DNA from: Candidatus Marinacidobacterales bacterium
GTDB lineage: Bacteria > Acidobacteriota > Vicinamibacteria > Marinacidobacterales > SMYC01
Length of the DNA stretch: 64,000 nt
NCBI GenBank assembly: GCA_965224085.1
Contig: CBDCYI010000004.1
Span: 96,001-160,000, forward strand
Direction of reading: 5' to 3'
Shown here: positions 29,549 through 40,021 of the stretch, one piece after another
Layout of the letters: every line of letters starts with the position of its first letter
Numbering within the stretch: position 1 is the stretch's first letter
Program-made: the position numbers and the translations under genes
Notes under the pieces: model-generated
Seen by the model: only the letters and a program-made list of their open reading frames with translations
Told to the model about the DNA's origin: nothing
Databases searched by the model: none

Positions 29549-32536
29549 ATGAATTCACTCCGAGTGGCTACGGTAAATTTGGCTTTGTTGCTCTTGATGA
29601 GCTCTCGTGCGTCTGCACAAGAAAAAGTTCATTGGGACGTCGTTGCCAAGATTAGAGAAGAGAGCTCCGAACGTCCGCAGGTAATGGATCATATCTGGTA
29701 CTTGAGCGACGTCATCGGTCCTAGATTGGCAGGCTCTGCCAGCATCGGTAAAGCCCAGCTATGGGCTCGAGCCAAAATGGATGAAATGGGACTGACGAGC
29801 ACGGCTCTCGAGCCTTGGGGGGAAACGGGTGTTAGCTGGGAGCAAAAATACACTTCGATCCACATGCTCGAACCGACTTATCAACCGATCATCGGATACC
29901 CCTACGCGTTCTCCCCTGGAACGAATGGCAAAATTGCTGGAAGTCCAGTGATAGTCGATATCCAAAGCAAGGAAGACTTGGAGAAATACCGTGGCAAATT
30001 GAGCGGTGCCATTGTGCTGGCCCATCCGGAGAAGCTCATCAACGAACGTTTTACTGCCGATGCCGTTCGCCATGATGAAGAATCGCTCGCTGCTTACGCG
30101 GCAACGGGCACGAACATCAACTTCCAACGTAGGCAGCAGGCGCCGTGGTGGCAGTTGAGCCCACCGGAGGACGTCACAGAAGAAGAGCTCGAACAGTTTT
30201 TCAAATCTGAGAACGTCTCGGTCGTACTGAATCCGGGAAGGGGTGGAGACGGAACGGTTCGCGTTGGCGGTCGTCAGGGTTACAGAGGCGACATGACGGT
30301 GCAAAATATCGAGAACGCCGTTCCCTGGCTAGTACTCGTTCCTGAGCACTACAACCGGGTCTATCGGCTCACCAAGAAAGAAATCCCAGTTCAACTAGAG
30401 ATTGAAGTCACCTTAGAAATCTCGGAAGAACTTACAGAATTCGTCAACGTAGTGGGCGAGATCCCGGGCACCGATCTCGCCCATGAAGTCGTGATGATAG
30501 GCGCCCACCTTGATTCATGGCATACAGCAACGGGGACTTCCGACAATGCCGCCGGTGTCTCGGTAGCCCTAGAAGCTATGCGCATTCTCAAATCCATCGG
30601 CGCAGAGCCACGTCGTACCATACGCATAGCTCTCTGGGACTCTGAGGAAATGGGCCACAAAGGCTCGGTAGCCTACGTTGCCAAACATTTTGGCAATCCG
30701 CGAGATGGGATAAAGCCGGCATATGACGACTTCTCCGTATACTTCAACTCAGATAATGGCGCGGGACAATTTCGCGGCGTTCACAGGCAAGGCAATGAGC
30801 TCGTCGCCCCCATTTTCGATGCGTGGATGAAGCCTTTCTATGACCTCAACGTCGAGACCCTAACCAAGTTCAGCAATACCGGCTCGGACCAAGTTAATTT
30901 CGACAGAGCCGGACTGCCTGGCTTTCAATTTCTTCAAGACCGGCTCGCTTATTGGACCAGAAGATGGCACTACAACATGGACTTTTATGACCATGTTATT
31001 CCAGCGGATTTGAAAACCAACGCAGCCGTGATGGCAACCTTTGCCTACCACGCCGCCATGCGTGACGAGAAGATTCCGAGAAAGATATTCAAGGATTGGA
31101 ACCCCGAGCTTACGTTGTTACAAGAGGACGTTTTCAAGGATGGAAACACTTTCACGAATGCCGTCGCAGATTTCGACAATGACGGAGACCTCGACATCTT
31201 CGTGGGGTTCGGAGACAAGCCAAACCGTCTCTACCGGAACGACAATGGAATTTTTGCTGATATTGCGAAGGAAGTCGGGCTTGCGGATTCCGACGTGACT
31301 CGAGCCTCTGCCTGGGGAGACTATAACGCCGACGGCCATCTCGACTTGTTCGTTGGGTTCGTATCTCGCACCCAGAGCAGGAACAAGCTTTACCGAAATG
31401 ACGGGGATGGCAAGCATTTCACCGATGTAACGCAATCGTCCGGTGTTCAGCTGAGCGGCAGTTTTCGCCAGGCCAGCTGGGTCGACTATGACAATGATCG
31501 CGATCTCGATCTATTCGTCGCCTTAAGAGATCAACAGAACGTTCTTTTTCGAAATGATAGCGGGAAGTTCACCAATGTCGCAGGAACACTAGGCGTTGAT
31601 GACCCGCGCCGAACGGTAGGTGCCGCTTGGTTTGATTTCGATCAGGATGGGGATCTAGACCTTTTCGTCGCGAATATGGATGGCGACGCCAATGGTTTGT
31701 TTCGCAATGACGGCGCGATGTTTGTAGATGTTGCCACGGAATTAGGCGTTGAATCTGGAGGAAGGCCGCTAGGGATGTCCAGCTACGGAAGTGTCAGACC
31801 CAGCCTCGCCGACTTCGACAATGACGGCCATATGGATATTTTTCTCGCCAACTACGGACCGAATGGACTCTACAAGAACGAGAATGGTACCGCTTTCGTC
31901 AACGTCGGCCCGAAACTCGGTTTAGCGATCGACGGAAGATATGACACGGGAACGTGGGGAGACCATAACAACGATGGGTATCCAGACCTTTATGTCAACG
32001 GAACCATCTCTGGAGGCAAGAATTACCGTGACTACCTCTTCAAGAATGACGGCGAGCGATTCGTCGACATAACTCCCGAACTATTGGAGAAACAAGAGGC
32101 CGATCACGGCGCACAGTGGGCCGATTTTGACAATGACGGCGATCTGGATTTGGCGCTTACAGGTTTCGGCATGCACCATATCTTCCAGAATCTTCTATCC
32201 GAGGGAAAAGGCCGCCAATCACTTCAAATTTTGGTGCTCGATGCACATGGACGCTACACTTATCCGGGCTCCGAAGTAAGACTCTTTGAATCCGGCACCA
32301 GGAAACTGCTGGGGATGAAAATTCTCGATACCGGATCCGGATACAATTCTCAGAATGCCATGCCGGTTCACTTTGGTTTACCAAACGAGGCGCTGGTCGA
32401 CGTTGAAGTTACCACTTTGACCAAGAACGGAAGAAAGACGGCTGTGTTGTCACGTGTTGATCCTCGAGAACACACTGGTCGCTGGCTTGTCGTAAAAGTG
32501 GACGACGAAGGAACCTTGATGAACCAGACACGCTAG
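29549..32536 (+). CDS. M28 metallopeptidase fused to FG-GAP repeats and an ASPIC/UnbV domain
   Basis: GAHLDSW, GTSDNAAG, SEEMG, FNSDNG; repeated DFDNDGDLDLFV; GSGYNSQNAMPVHFGL. Confidence 0.9.
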   Translation: MNSLRVATVNLALLLLMSSRASAQEKVHWDVVAKIREESSERPQVMDHIWYLSDVIGPRLAGSASIGKAQLWARAKMDEMGLTSTALEPWGETGVSWEQKYTSIHMLEPTYQPIIGYPYAFSPGTNGKIAGSPVIVDIQSKEDLEKYRGKLSGAIVLAHPEKLINERFTADAVRHDEESLAAYAATGTNINFQRRQQAPWWQLSPPEDVTEEELEQFFKSENVSVVLNPGRGGDGTVRVGGRQGYRGDMTVQNIENAVPWLVLVPEHYNRVYRLTKKEIPVQLEIEVTLEISEELTEFVNVVGEIPGTDLAHEVVMIGAHLDSWHTATGTSDNAAGVSVALEAMRILKSIGAEPRRTIRIALWDSEEMGHKGSVAYVAKHFGNPRDGIKPAYDDFSVYFNSDNGAGQFRGVHRQGNELVAPIFDAWMKPFYDLNVETLTKFSNTGSDQVNFDRAGLPGFQFLQDRLAYWTRRWHYNMDFYDHVIPADLKTNAAVMATFAYHAAMRDEKIPRKIFKDWNPELTLLQEDVFKDGNTFTNAVADFDNDGDLDIFVGFGDKPNRLYRNDNGIFADIAKEVGLADSDVTRASAWGDYNADGHLDLFVGFVSRTQSRNKLYRNDGDGKHFTDVTQSSGVQLSGSFRQASWVDYDNDRDLDLFVALRDQQNVLFRNDSGKFTNVAGTLGVDDPRRTVGAAWFDFDQDGDLDLFVANMDGDANGLFRNDGAMFVDVATELGVESGGRPLGMSSYGSVRPSLADFDNDGHMDIFLANYGPNGLYKNENGTAFVNVGPKLGLAIDGRYDTGTWGDHNNDGYPDLYVNGTISGGKNYRDYLFKNDGERFVDITPELLEKQEADHGAQWADFDNDGDLDLALTGFGMHHIFQNLLSEGKGRQSLQILVLDAHGRYTYPGSEVRLFESGTRKLLGMKILDTGSGYNSQNAMPVHFGLPNEALVDVEVTTLTKNGRKTAVLSRVDPREHTGRWLVVKVDDEGTLMNQTR

Positions 32537-32697
32537 TCCCCTGGAACAGAGGTTCGTGGCCTAAAGCTCGAGGTCATTTTGTGGGCTCGCAAGGCGTGAC
32601 GACGAAGTCATATTGGGATATTTCGAGGAGAAACAACGCAGCCAGCGCGCAAAAGGGCCCGAGATTTAGGTTACGAATCTCTGTTCCAGGGGACTAG
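32533..32697. repeat. 165-bp palindromic MITE/REP-like element bounded by CTAG
   Basis: Arms CTAGTCCCCTGGAACAGAGGTTCGT.. / ..ACGAATCTCTGTTCCAGGGGACTAG; imperfect pairing extends about 50 bp. Confidence 0.75.
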
Positions 32698-32783
32698 GCA
32701 GGCAAGCACTAGCATGCTCCTTGCTCGCTGGCTCATGCAGGTCTCGTGAATGCTGTATCCGATGGATGACGTGTTCGCGCGTA

Positions 32784-33140
32784 TCAAGCCAACGTCCCGA
32801 GGACCTTCAGCAGATGCTGGACATCGCTTTCGTTGTTGAACAACGAGATCGACACGCGGGGTAGTCCGGAAGCGTTCCCGCGGCTTGCCCGTGGCCATAG
32901 CGATCCGCCTTCAGCCAGCCGAGGTGCTCTTCGAGGACGTAGAACGGTGCTGCGCCCCAGCTCGACAAAAGCCACTTGTAGGAGTTGGTTCCGGCGAAGT
33001 CGATCCGATCTCGTGGAGATCGACTGGGAATTGACCGAATGCTTGAATCCCATCGGCGTAGAGGTAAGAACCCTTACTGTGCGCAAGCTCGGCAAGCATG
33101 CGAATCTCCTGGCGAAAACCGTTCCGGTTCGACACCCAGG
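32784..33140 (-). pseudogene. class V aminotransferase (cysteine desulfurase-like) remnant
   Basis: LAELAHSKGSYLYADGIQAFGQFPVDL and RVSISLFNNESDV in different frames. Confidence 0.7.
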
Positions 33141-33318
33141 GGGTCGGAGGCGGCGGAAAGTGCCGTCGCGCGAGCCGAGGGCATGGCGGCCAATCCAGCC
33201 GCGCGAGCCCAGTTGCGCAGACCGTGGCCGTTTGATATTCTCATTATTCATCGCGAAGATGAACCGAGGTTCGCAGCGAGACCCCCTCCTCGACGGGCCT
33301 TCGGGGGGGGGGAGTCGA

Positions 33319-35049
33319 ATGTACGAATCCCACTTCAATTTAAAGGGGTATCCGTTCCGGGCCACGACAGAGCCCGATCTTATTTACGAGAGCGCCGGAC
33401 TACGCGACGCCCTCAACCACTTCACCTACGCCATCGACAGCGGCGAGTCTTTCGTCCTCCTCACAGGAGAGGTCGGATGCGGCAAAACGACGGCTGTTCA
33501 GGCGTTCCAGCAGAGACTCGATGGCGACGTCTTGATGGCGACCATCAGTCACGCGACCCTGGACGTAGACGAGATGTTGCATGACGTCGCGGTCCGATTC
33601 GGCATCTCCGTCGATCCGGGGATTACCAAACCGCGGCTCGTCGCTCACCTCAAGAATCTCTGGCGGAGGCGAAAAGAATCGGGATCATCATCTCTACTCG
33701 TGCTAGACGAGGCACAGCTATTGAAACCCGCGTTGCTTGAGGAGCTGAGACTCCTCTCGAATCTAGAGCACGGAGGCGCACGGCTCATTCATGTGTTCTT
33801 GGTCGGGCAGCCGGAGATCGAGGACCGTTTGCGGCAGCCCGAACTGAGACCTCTCCGGCAACGCATCAGCCTGAGGTACAAGTTGAAGCCACTGGACTTC
33901 GAAGAGACAAGGCGGTATTTGATTCATCGACTGGTTGCGGCGGGTGCCGTAAGCCCGTCCGATCTGTTCACGTCAGCGGCCGTCTTGGCGCTGCACCACC
34001 TTTCTCAAGGCCTCCCCCGCGAGATCAACGTCATCGCGGGACACGCGATGCTGAACGCCTATGTGGACGGCGCGCAACACGTCGAGGCGGAGCACGTGCA
34101 GTTGGCAAAGAGCGAGTCCGGGTTCGAGGGCGTCGCGGAGTCGTCGCCTCGCCCCGTCCCCACGCCGTCAGCCACGGCGGCACCGGAGCTCGAACCCGAG
34201 CAAACCGCCGCTGATAGACCGCTCCCGGAAAGTACGGGCGCGGAGCTTCGTCCAGAGGGATCTCTTCAGACTGTTCCGCAAGCGGCGGCAGAGCTCGAGC
34301 CCGAGCCCGAGCCCGAGCCCGAGCAGGAGCTGGTCGAAGAGACCGTGGTCGCCTCGGACGCGCCGACGGCCGAACGCCCCACAGTGTATGTCGGCGTGGT
34401 TGTGATGGTCGGTCTCGTGGCGGTTATCTTTAAGCTGTCACTGGCAACGTCTTTGTCGCGGGAAACGCTGTGGCAGAGTTTCCCGTCGGTCGCATCGCCC
34501 TCGTCCTCGAATGGCGCGCGGCAGGCTCCACCGGTGCCGGATGCGTGGAGCGTCGCGAACTCGGTTCGGGATCGACCGGCGCCTCCCGCGCCGAGGTCGC
34601 CACCACCGCCCGCAGAAATTCCTGTGCTCGCGTCCGAGCCAGGCTACCTCACCGTCGTGGTCGAGCCGTGGGCGCGGGTCGCGATCGACGGCAACGCGGT
34701 CGGAGAAACACCGCTCGCGCCACTCGAGCTCTCCGCGGGCACGCATAGCATCGTGCTCGAAAACGATCACATCGTGGGCGTCATCCGTGACGAAGTCGTC
34801 ATCGAATCGGGTGCGAGGATGACGAAGCGATACAGTTTCGGCGACACGGGCTACCTGAGCCTCGCGGCTACACCCTGGGCCGACGTCGACGTCGACGGTC
34901 GCTCGATCGGTCAAACTCCCCTGGCACGAGTCGCCGTGCCCGAAGGGTCGCATTCCATTCGATTCGTCCACCCCGAGCTCGGAGAGACCGAGCGCGAAGT
35001 CATCGTCGTCTCCGGGCAAACCACGCTCGTCAAAGTACAATTGCAATAG
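33319..35049 (+). CDS. ExeA/GspA-like AAA ATPase with TM segment and two PEGA domains
   Basis: MYESHFNLKGYPF, LTGEVGCGKTT, LVLDEAQ, LVGQPE, LRQRI, GLPREIN; two PWA.V.IDG..VG.TP repeats. Confidence 0.88.
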   Translation: MYESHFNLKGYPFRATTEPDLIYESAGLRDALNHFTYAIDSGESFVLLTGEVGCGKTTAVQAFQQRLDGDVLMATISHATLDVDEMLHDVAVRFGISVDPGITKPRLVAHLKNLWRRRKESGSSSLLVLDEAQLLKPALLEELRLLSNLEHGGARLIHVFLVGQPEIEDRLRQPELRPLRQRISLRYKLKPLDFEETRRYLIHRLVAAGAVSPSDLFTSAAVLALHHLSQGLPREINVIAGHAMLNAYVDGAQHVEAEHVQLAKSESGFEGVAESSPRPVPTPSATAAPELEPEQTAADRPLPESTGAELRPEGSLQTVPQAAAELEPEPEPEPEQELVEETVVASDAPTAERPTVYVGVVVMVGLVAVIFKLSLATSLSRETLWQSFPSVASPSSSNGARQAPPVPDAWSVANSVRDRPAPPAPRSPPPPAEIPVLASEPGYLTVVVEPWARVAIDGNAVGETPLAPLELSAGTHSIVLENDHIVGVIRDEVVIESGARMTKRYSFGDTGYLSLAATPWADVDVDGRSIGQTPLARVAVPEGSHSIRFVHPELGETEREVIVVSGQTTLVKVQLQ

Positions 35050-35057
35050 GAAGCGCG

Positions 35058-35753
35058 ATGCTACGCTTCTGGATCCTGGGCGTTGCGGTCTCGGCTCAAA
35101 GCTTCGAGCTCGCACTCGACGAAGGCATCCGACGATATTGGAACGGGGAGTACGAAGAGACCATCCTCGTTCTCGAGCCCGCGTGCAACTTGAATGCGAG
35201 CTCGGGCGAGAAGCTCGAGTGCCACAAATACATCGCGTTCAGTCACGTCGCGCTCGGCGACGATAACGAGGCTCTCCGGCAGTTCGGCCACAGGACGCTC
35301 GAGCTCGATCCGACCAACGTGCTTGCGCGCTAGTACCGCGAGCTGTGCGTGGAACGGATGCGCATGAGCGAAGCGCGTGCGATCGCAAACGCTCATGAAC
35401 CACCGCCGACGCCCGAGCCCGTCGCCGCTTCCAAACCCGCGCCCGAGCCCGAAGACAAAGTGTACCGGCTCACCAGCGACATTACCCGGCCCGTCCTCGT
35501 CCAGCGCGTTGCGGCCGAATATCCACGAGCGGCGCGTCTTCGCCGGGTCGAAGGCTCCGTCGTCCTTTCCGTCGTGATCGATCGAGACGGATGGGTCACC
35601 CAGTCAAAAGTCATCCGTTCGGTCAGCGAGAGAGTGGACCAAGCTGCACTCGACGCCGTCGAAGCGTGGCGCTACCAACCGGCCACACTGAACGGCTTCC
35701 CGGTGGCGGTGTACCGCAACATCGAGCTGAGCTTTCACTTAGAAGACGATTGA
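35058..35753 (+). pseudogene. TPR + TonB C-terminal domain protein with in-frame stop
   Basis: TAG at 35331-35333, same frame continues to YPRAAR..VEGSVVLSVVIDRDG..ALDAV..WRYQPA..G.PV. Confidence 0.75.
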
Positions 35754-35765
35754 TCCGTCCAACAC

Positions 35766-38093
35766 TTAACGGCAAAAGGCTTCCACGTCAACCGGGTTTT
35801 CCCCCCCGTGGAGCGCGATTCTGACGACGGCGATCGCGCGGCGATCGCCGCGCCCTACCGTGCGGATGGGTTCGACCGAAACATCGAGCTCAGCAGTCGA
35901 CGAAGACGGCACCTTCAGCTCGCGCTCGAGACCCGGGCCGCTCACCGTCACGCCGTGCGAGCCACCGGTGCCGTGGAACCTCAGGCGTGGTGCGCGCGCG
36001 CCACAATCGGGAAGCGCGACATAGAGCGGCCGGGGACTTCGAATCCGTGCCGCGCCGGTCCCAGGCCGCCCTCGGATCCAGTCTCGAGGTTGGCTCCAGG
36101 CGGATGCGAGGCTTCCCACCGCAACGACCATCGCCACGACAGCGGCCGCGAGCACGGTCGGCTGCGCTCGCCATCCTCGCCCCTCCCACATCCACACGAG
36201 TCCGAAAACGAGCACCAAGAAGACGGGATAAGCGCCTCGCTGCCAGACAGATTGCGCGGTGCCCACCGAGCCCAAGACGGGCGACGGATCGACCACTCCG
36301 GAAGCGAGAAACGCCGGTCGATCATAGACGAAGTGCCGCTCCGTCAACATGCTCTGACCGATCCAGAAACCCCCTGCGGCGACGAAGGCCAAGGCCGTCC
36401 AGCGAAGCCGCCGCATTTCCGGGTCGCGCAGCCACGCCGCCAGGCAGAGTGCCATCACCGGAACGAGAGGAACGAGGTAGCGCGCGGGAGGCGCCCAGGC
36501 ACCCAAGCCGCCCTGGTCGTGGGACGCAGCCGTGAAGAGGTACGGTACGACGATCACGAGGCCTAACCCGAAAGCGAACGGCGACTGCCGGCGAAGCGCC
36601 CAAGCACCGGGAAGAGCAAACAGATAGAGAGGCGAATAGACGAGAAGTCCCTCGGCGCGATCCAGAAGAAGGTAGTAGAGACCCGGCAGAGTCTCCTGGT
36701 TGAGAAAGGTCGCTCCGCGTGGATAGCCTCTCGCCACCCACAGGGCGTCGGGCAATAAACTGCCGCTGATGTGAAAGACGTAGAGGCACTGAAGGCCCAT
36801 CCCGAGACAGGAAAGTGTCAGAGCCCACCCGAACAACTTCCATCCCGCTTTCGATCGAAACCCTTTCCAACAGTAAGCGAGCAACAAGACGCCCCAAATC
36901 GGCAGGTACTTCGTGTGAAGCCACGGAAGGAGCGCTCCTGAAAGACCGAAGGCGATCGCCCACCGGAGCGTGAGTCGTGTGGAGAGGACCGCGATGAGCA
37001 TCAGCGTGATGCAAATCGTCGCCGTGACTTCTGTATAGACCTGGAAGTGGTAGAAGAAAAGCGGCGGCGTGACACCGATCGCGAAGGCCAAGCCGACGCC
37101 GCCTAAGCGGCTCCCGATCGCGGGCTCGACGAGCCGGGCGACCGCGAGTGTACAAAAGGTCCCGAGGAGCAAACACGTGAAGAGGGTAAAGACGAGCCTG
37201 TCAGGATTCACGAAAGTATCGACCGCCATCGACGGGGTCAAGAGAAAAGGAAGGCCCGGCAGAAACACGTAGAAGGTTCCGCCCTTTCTTCCCTCGAGTA
37301 CCGGCCCGCCGATCCATTCGACGCGCCCTCTTGGCTCGATCCCGAAGATGGACTTCGCCGCTTCGTAAGCGGTCCCGATCGTCGCCGGTATCCAGGCGGC
37401 GACGTGGGTCAAAGCCCGGGCTGGATCCGGCCGCTTCCCGATGAGCTCTTCCGCGTTTCCGACATCGGCATCGCCGTCATGCAACAAACTGGCGGTGATG
37501 CGCACATATCTGGGCTCGTCGCCCGTGCCCCAACGCTCGTCGTAGGGTTGGGTGAAACGTCGCTCGGGAATCGAGGCAAGAAGCGTCGCCAGGAGTCCGA
37601 GAACAAGTCCCAGGAACGCGAGCCGCGAGCCCGAGACCCGCCTCCATCGATCGCGATGGGCGTCGAGAAAAGGCGCCAGGAATGTGACCTTGAGATAGAT
37701 CGCGCATGCCACGACGAGCGTGGCGATCCAGGCTCGCGCATCCACGACGAGCCACCAGCCGATAAATGGAAGCGGAGCTCGACCTGGGACCAGAACGGGC
37801 ACATATATGAGCAGGAGAACGAGCGGCGTATACGTCCGCACCGTCTCACGGAACGCGACCCTCCATTCCAGACCCAGAACGCGCCGGTAAAAGAGCGACT
37901 CTCCCATCCATAGCGCGGAGAGCACGAGCACGAGAACTATCGAGGTCTGGAGCCCACGAGGCGGGAGAAGCAGTGCGGGCGCCGAAAGCAATATTTGCGG
38001 CTGTGCCCGGTAGAGCGGCTCGACGAGATGGCTCAGCCCGAATGCGATCAACCCGCCGATTATCAGGAACGCGCGCACGACCCAGCCCATCAC
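35766..38093 (-). CDS. polytopic membrane protein, GT-C glycosyltransferase-like
   Basis: Many TMs; TGDEPRY...SLLHDGD luminal loop, YTE, LPWLHTKY, ARYLVP. Confidence 0.7.
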   Translation of the reverse strand: MMGWVVRAFLIIGGLIAFGLSHLVEPLYRAQPQILLSAPALLLPPRGLQTSIVLVLVLSALWMGESLFYRRVLGLEWRVAFRETVRTYTPLVLLLIYVPVLVPGRAPLPFIGWWLVVDARAWIATLVVACAIYLKVTFLAPFLDAHRDRWRRVSGSRLAFLGLVLGLLATLLASIPERRFTQPYDERWGTGDEPRYVRITASLLHDGDADVGNAEELIGKRPDPARALTHVAAWIPATIGTAYEAAKSIFGIEPRGRVEWIGGPVLEGRKGGTFYVFLPGLPFLLTPSMAVDTFVNPDRLVFTLFTCLLLGTFCTLAVARLVEPAIGSRLGGVGLAFAIGVTPPLFFYHFQVYTEVTATICITLMLIAVLSTRLTLRWAIAFGLSGALLPWLHTKYLPIWGVLLLAYCWKGFRSKAGWKLFGWALTLSCLGMGLQCLYVFHISGSLLPDALWVARGYPRGATFLNQETLPGLYYLLLDRAEGLLVYSPLYLFALPGAWALRRQSPFAFGLGLVIVVPYLFTAASHDQGGLGAWAPPARYLVPLVPVMALCLAAWLRDPEMRRLRWTALAFVAAGGFWIGQSMLTERHFVYDRPAFLASGVVDPSPVLGSVGTAQSVWQRGAYPVFLVLVFGLVWMWEGRGWRAQPTVLAAAVVAMVVAVGSLASAWSQPRDWIRGRPGTGAARIRSPRPLYVALPDCGARAPRLRFHGTGGSHGVTVSGPGLERELKVPSSSTAELDVSVEPIRTVGRGDRRAIAVVRIALHGGENPVDVEAFCR

Positions 38094-40021
38094 TTCAATC
38101 CTGTTTCCCGCCTCGCCCGGACCAAGAGCTCCACGGCGAAGACGAGAAAACCCAAAGGGATGAGGAGCTCTTTATATTCGGTGACGTCCCAGTATCGAGA
38201 GAAGTTGCCAACGATCAGGAGCTCCGCCTGGATGGCGACGAGCGAAATAGGAAGAAGAGCGTAGTAGATCTTGTCAGTGATACCGCCTACTCCTTTGCGG
38301 AAGAAGAGCATAGCGTAGTACAGGCAGACGATCACGGTGGCATAGAAGAGCCACTGAACCAGAGGGAAACCCCACGTATCGTAGTTGAACGCCGAAAGGG
38401 GTGCGCTCGCGAAGGCGACCGCAATGGACGGGATGACGAACTGCATGACCGAGAATCGGCGAAGAGACGAGCTGCGCTCCTGCACGAACGGCACGAGTAT
38501 CAGAAAGACGGTGGCGAGCGAGTAATAGGCTTGTTCGAAGAGGTCCGTCGCGATGTTGTGCAAGTTGGTCTCCGCCTGGTCGTTCTCGAGAAAGGGAGTT
38601 GGTGACTCGAACCCGACGATGCGTTGGCCCCAGGATATCTCCTCGCCGCCGATCACGAAGAAGACGAAGGCGAAGGCGGCGGCGACGAACGCTCGAAACC
38701 GCGCCCCTCTTCGCCGGAAGAGCCAAGCGCCGGCAACGGCAAGAGCCGTCGTCAGGAAAAGCAGAACGGCCGACGCGTTCTCGATGAGCCCGTCTTCGCG
38801 TCCCAGCATCGAAAAAAGCTCGGCATCGTGCGCGTGGAGAAGAGCGAAGCCGAGCGGTACGAGCAAGAGAGGCCACCGAGCCACACGAAAGGAGTCACCG
38901 GGCCAGGCGACCGCCGAGGCGCCTCCGGCTGCCCACGAGCGAAGGTGAATGAACCGGACGAACCACGCCGCGCTCGCCAGCAATAGCAATGAACGAAGCA
39001 CGTCCGGTGGATCGAAAGTCGGTCCCAGGCGCCGGTCCGGAGTGCCCCAAACCGTTATGTCCAACACCGGTACGGCGAGCCCGCACCCCAGGGCAAGGAA
39101 GACGGCCGTACGCGAAGGGCTCGGCCCGAGCGCCGGCTCATCAGCGGCGAGTCCACTCACGTGCTCCATTCCGCGGAGCAAGAGTCCACAGCCAAGGCAC
39201 CACCAAACGGTTCCCAGGAGAAGAGACAAGACGATGCGCCAAAAGGCACGGCGGCGCTCGGGCGCCGTCAGGCGATCCGCCGAGTCCGCGACATGGTGCT
39301 CGAGTCCGAGGATCTCGAGAAAAGCCGGGCTGCTCCAGCGCAGCGCGAGGTGGGCTGGTCCACGTTCCTGCTCGTAGCGCATACGGAACCGATGCATTCC
39401 CGCATCGAGATGGAGCTCTTCCTGCCCGAATGCCGCTCCTTGGACCACGGGCGTTCCATCGACCCAAAGGGAGCACCGGTCGTCGCAATCGGTCTCGAAA
39501 CGATAAACACCGGCCCGTGGCGCCGAGAGCACGGCGATCAGCTCGAGCCCGACGTCACGCCGACGTCGGGCCACCCGGTTCAGGTCTTTGCGGCTGTCGA
39601 GCCGAAGCGCGTCGACGAGGACGCGCCGCGCTCGACCAAGCTCTTCCGCGAAGGGACGATAGACCCGGACCGTCTTTTGAGGGGTGATTCTCACGACGCT
39701 ATCTCGCCACGCCGAGAGCGGCCAGACGACCACGAGCAGCCCCACTACGAGAACGGTCATCGGCCATTGTCGCAGCCGTTTTCGTGACGGCCCGACGAGG
39801 AAGGCGGCCGCCGTCAAGAGGAGACCAAACCACCATAGACTTACGTCCGGGACGCCCGGGCCGAACCGCACGTCGTGTCGCCCCGCGACCCGCAGCAAAG
39901 CGAGCACGGCTAGCAGAAACCAAAAGAAACGACTCGTACGACTCAGAGGGAACATGGAAGGTAGCCGCGGCGTATGGACATCATCGAAGCGACGATTCGA
40001 GGCCCCGCGATTTTCGTGCAT
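38090..40021 (-). CDS. membrane protein with PA14-like domain
   Basis: GVYRF..DCDD..LWVDG..L.AGMH....YEQ..G..L.L.W; C-terminal REDGLIEN, GEEISWGQR, ETNLHN. Confidence 0.7.
   Translation of the reverse strand: MHENRGASNRRFDDVHTPRLPSMFPLSRTSRFFWFLLAVLALLRVAGRHDVRFGPGVPDVSLWWFGLLLTAAAFLVGPSRKRLRQWPMTVLVVGLLVVVWPLSAWRDSVVRITPQKTVRVYRPFAEELGRARRVLVDALRLDSRKDLNRVARRRRDVGLELIAVLSAPRAGVYRFETDCDDRCSLWVDGTPVVQGAAFGQEELHLDAGMHRFRMRYEQERGPAHLALRWSSPAFLEILGLEHHVADSADRLTAPERRRAFWRIVLSLLLGTVWWCLGCGLLLRGMEHVSGLAADEPALGPSPSRTAVFLALGCGLAVPVLDITVWGTPDRRLGPTFDPPDVLRSLLLLASAAWFVRFIHLRSWAAGGASAVAWPGDSFRVARWPLLLVPLGFALLHAHDAELFSMLGREDGLIENASAVLLFLTTALAVAGAWLFRRRGARFRAFVAAAFAFVFFVIGGEEISWGQRIVGFESPTPFLENDQAETNLHNIATDLFEQAYYSLATVFLILVPFVQERSSSLRRFSVMQFVIPSIAVAFASAPLSAFNYDTWGFPLVQWLFYATVIVCLYYAMLFFRKGVGGITDKIYYALLPISLVAIQAELLIVGNFSRYWDVTEYKELLIPLGFLVFAVELLVRARRETGLK

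Noticed and set aside
32708-32724. Second sigma54-like motif CTAGCATGCTCCTTGCT
   Set aside because: The invariant GG is broken and no gene follows on that strand
34297-34320. (GAGCCC)4 tandem repeat
   Set aside because: Encodes an ordinary Glu-Pro linker
35331-35333. In-frame amber in the TPR-TonB gene as pyrrolysine
   Set aside because: Not a catalytic position, no pyl genes in view, and the gene also looks internally deleted
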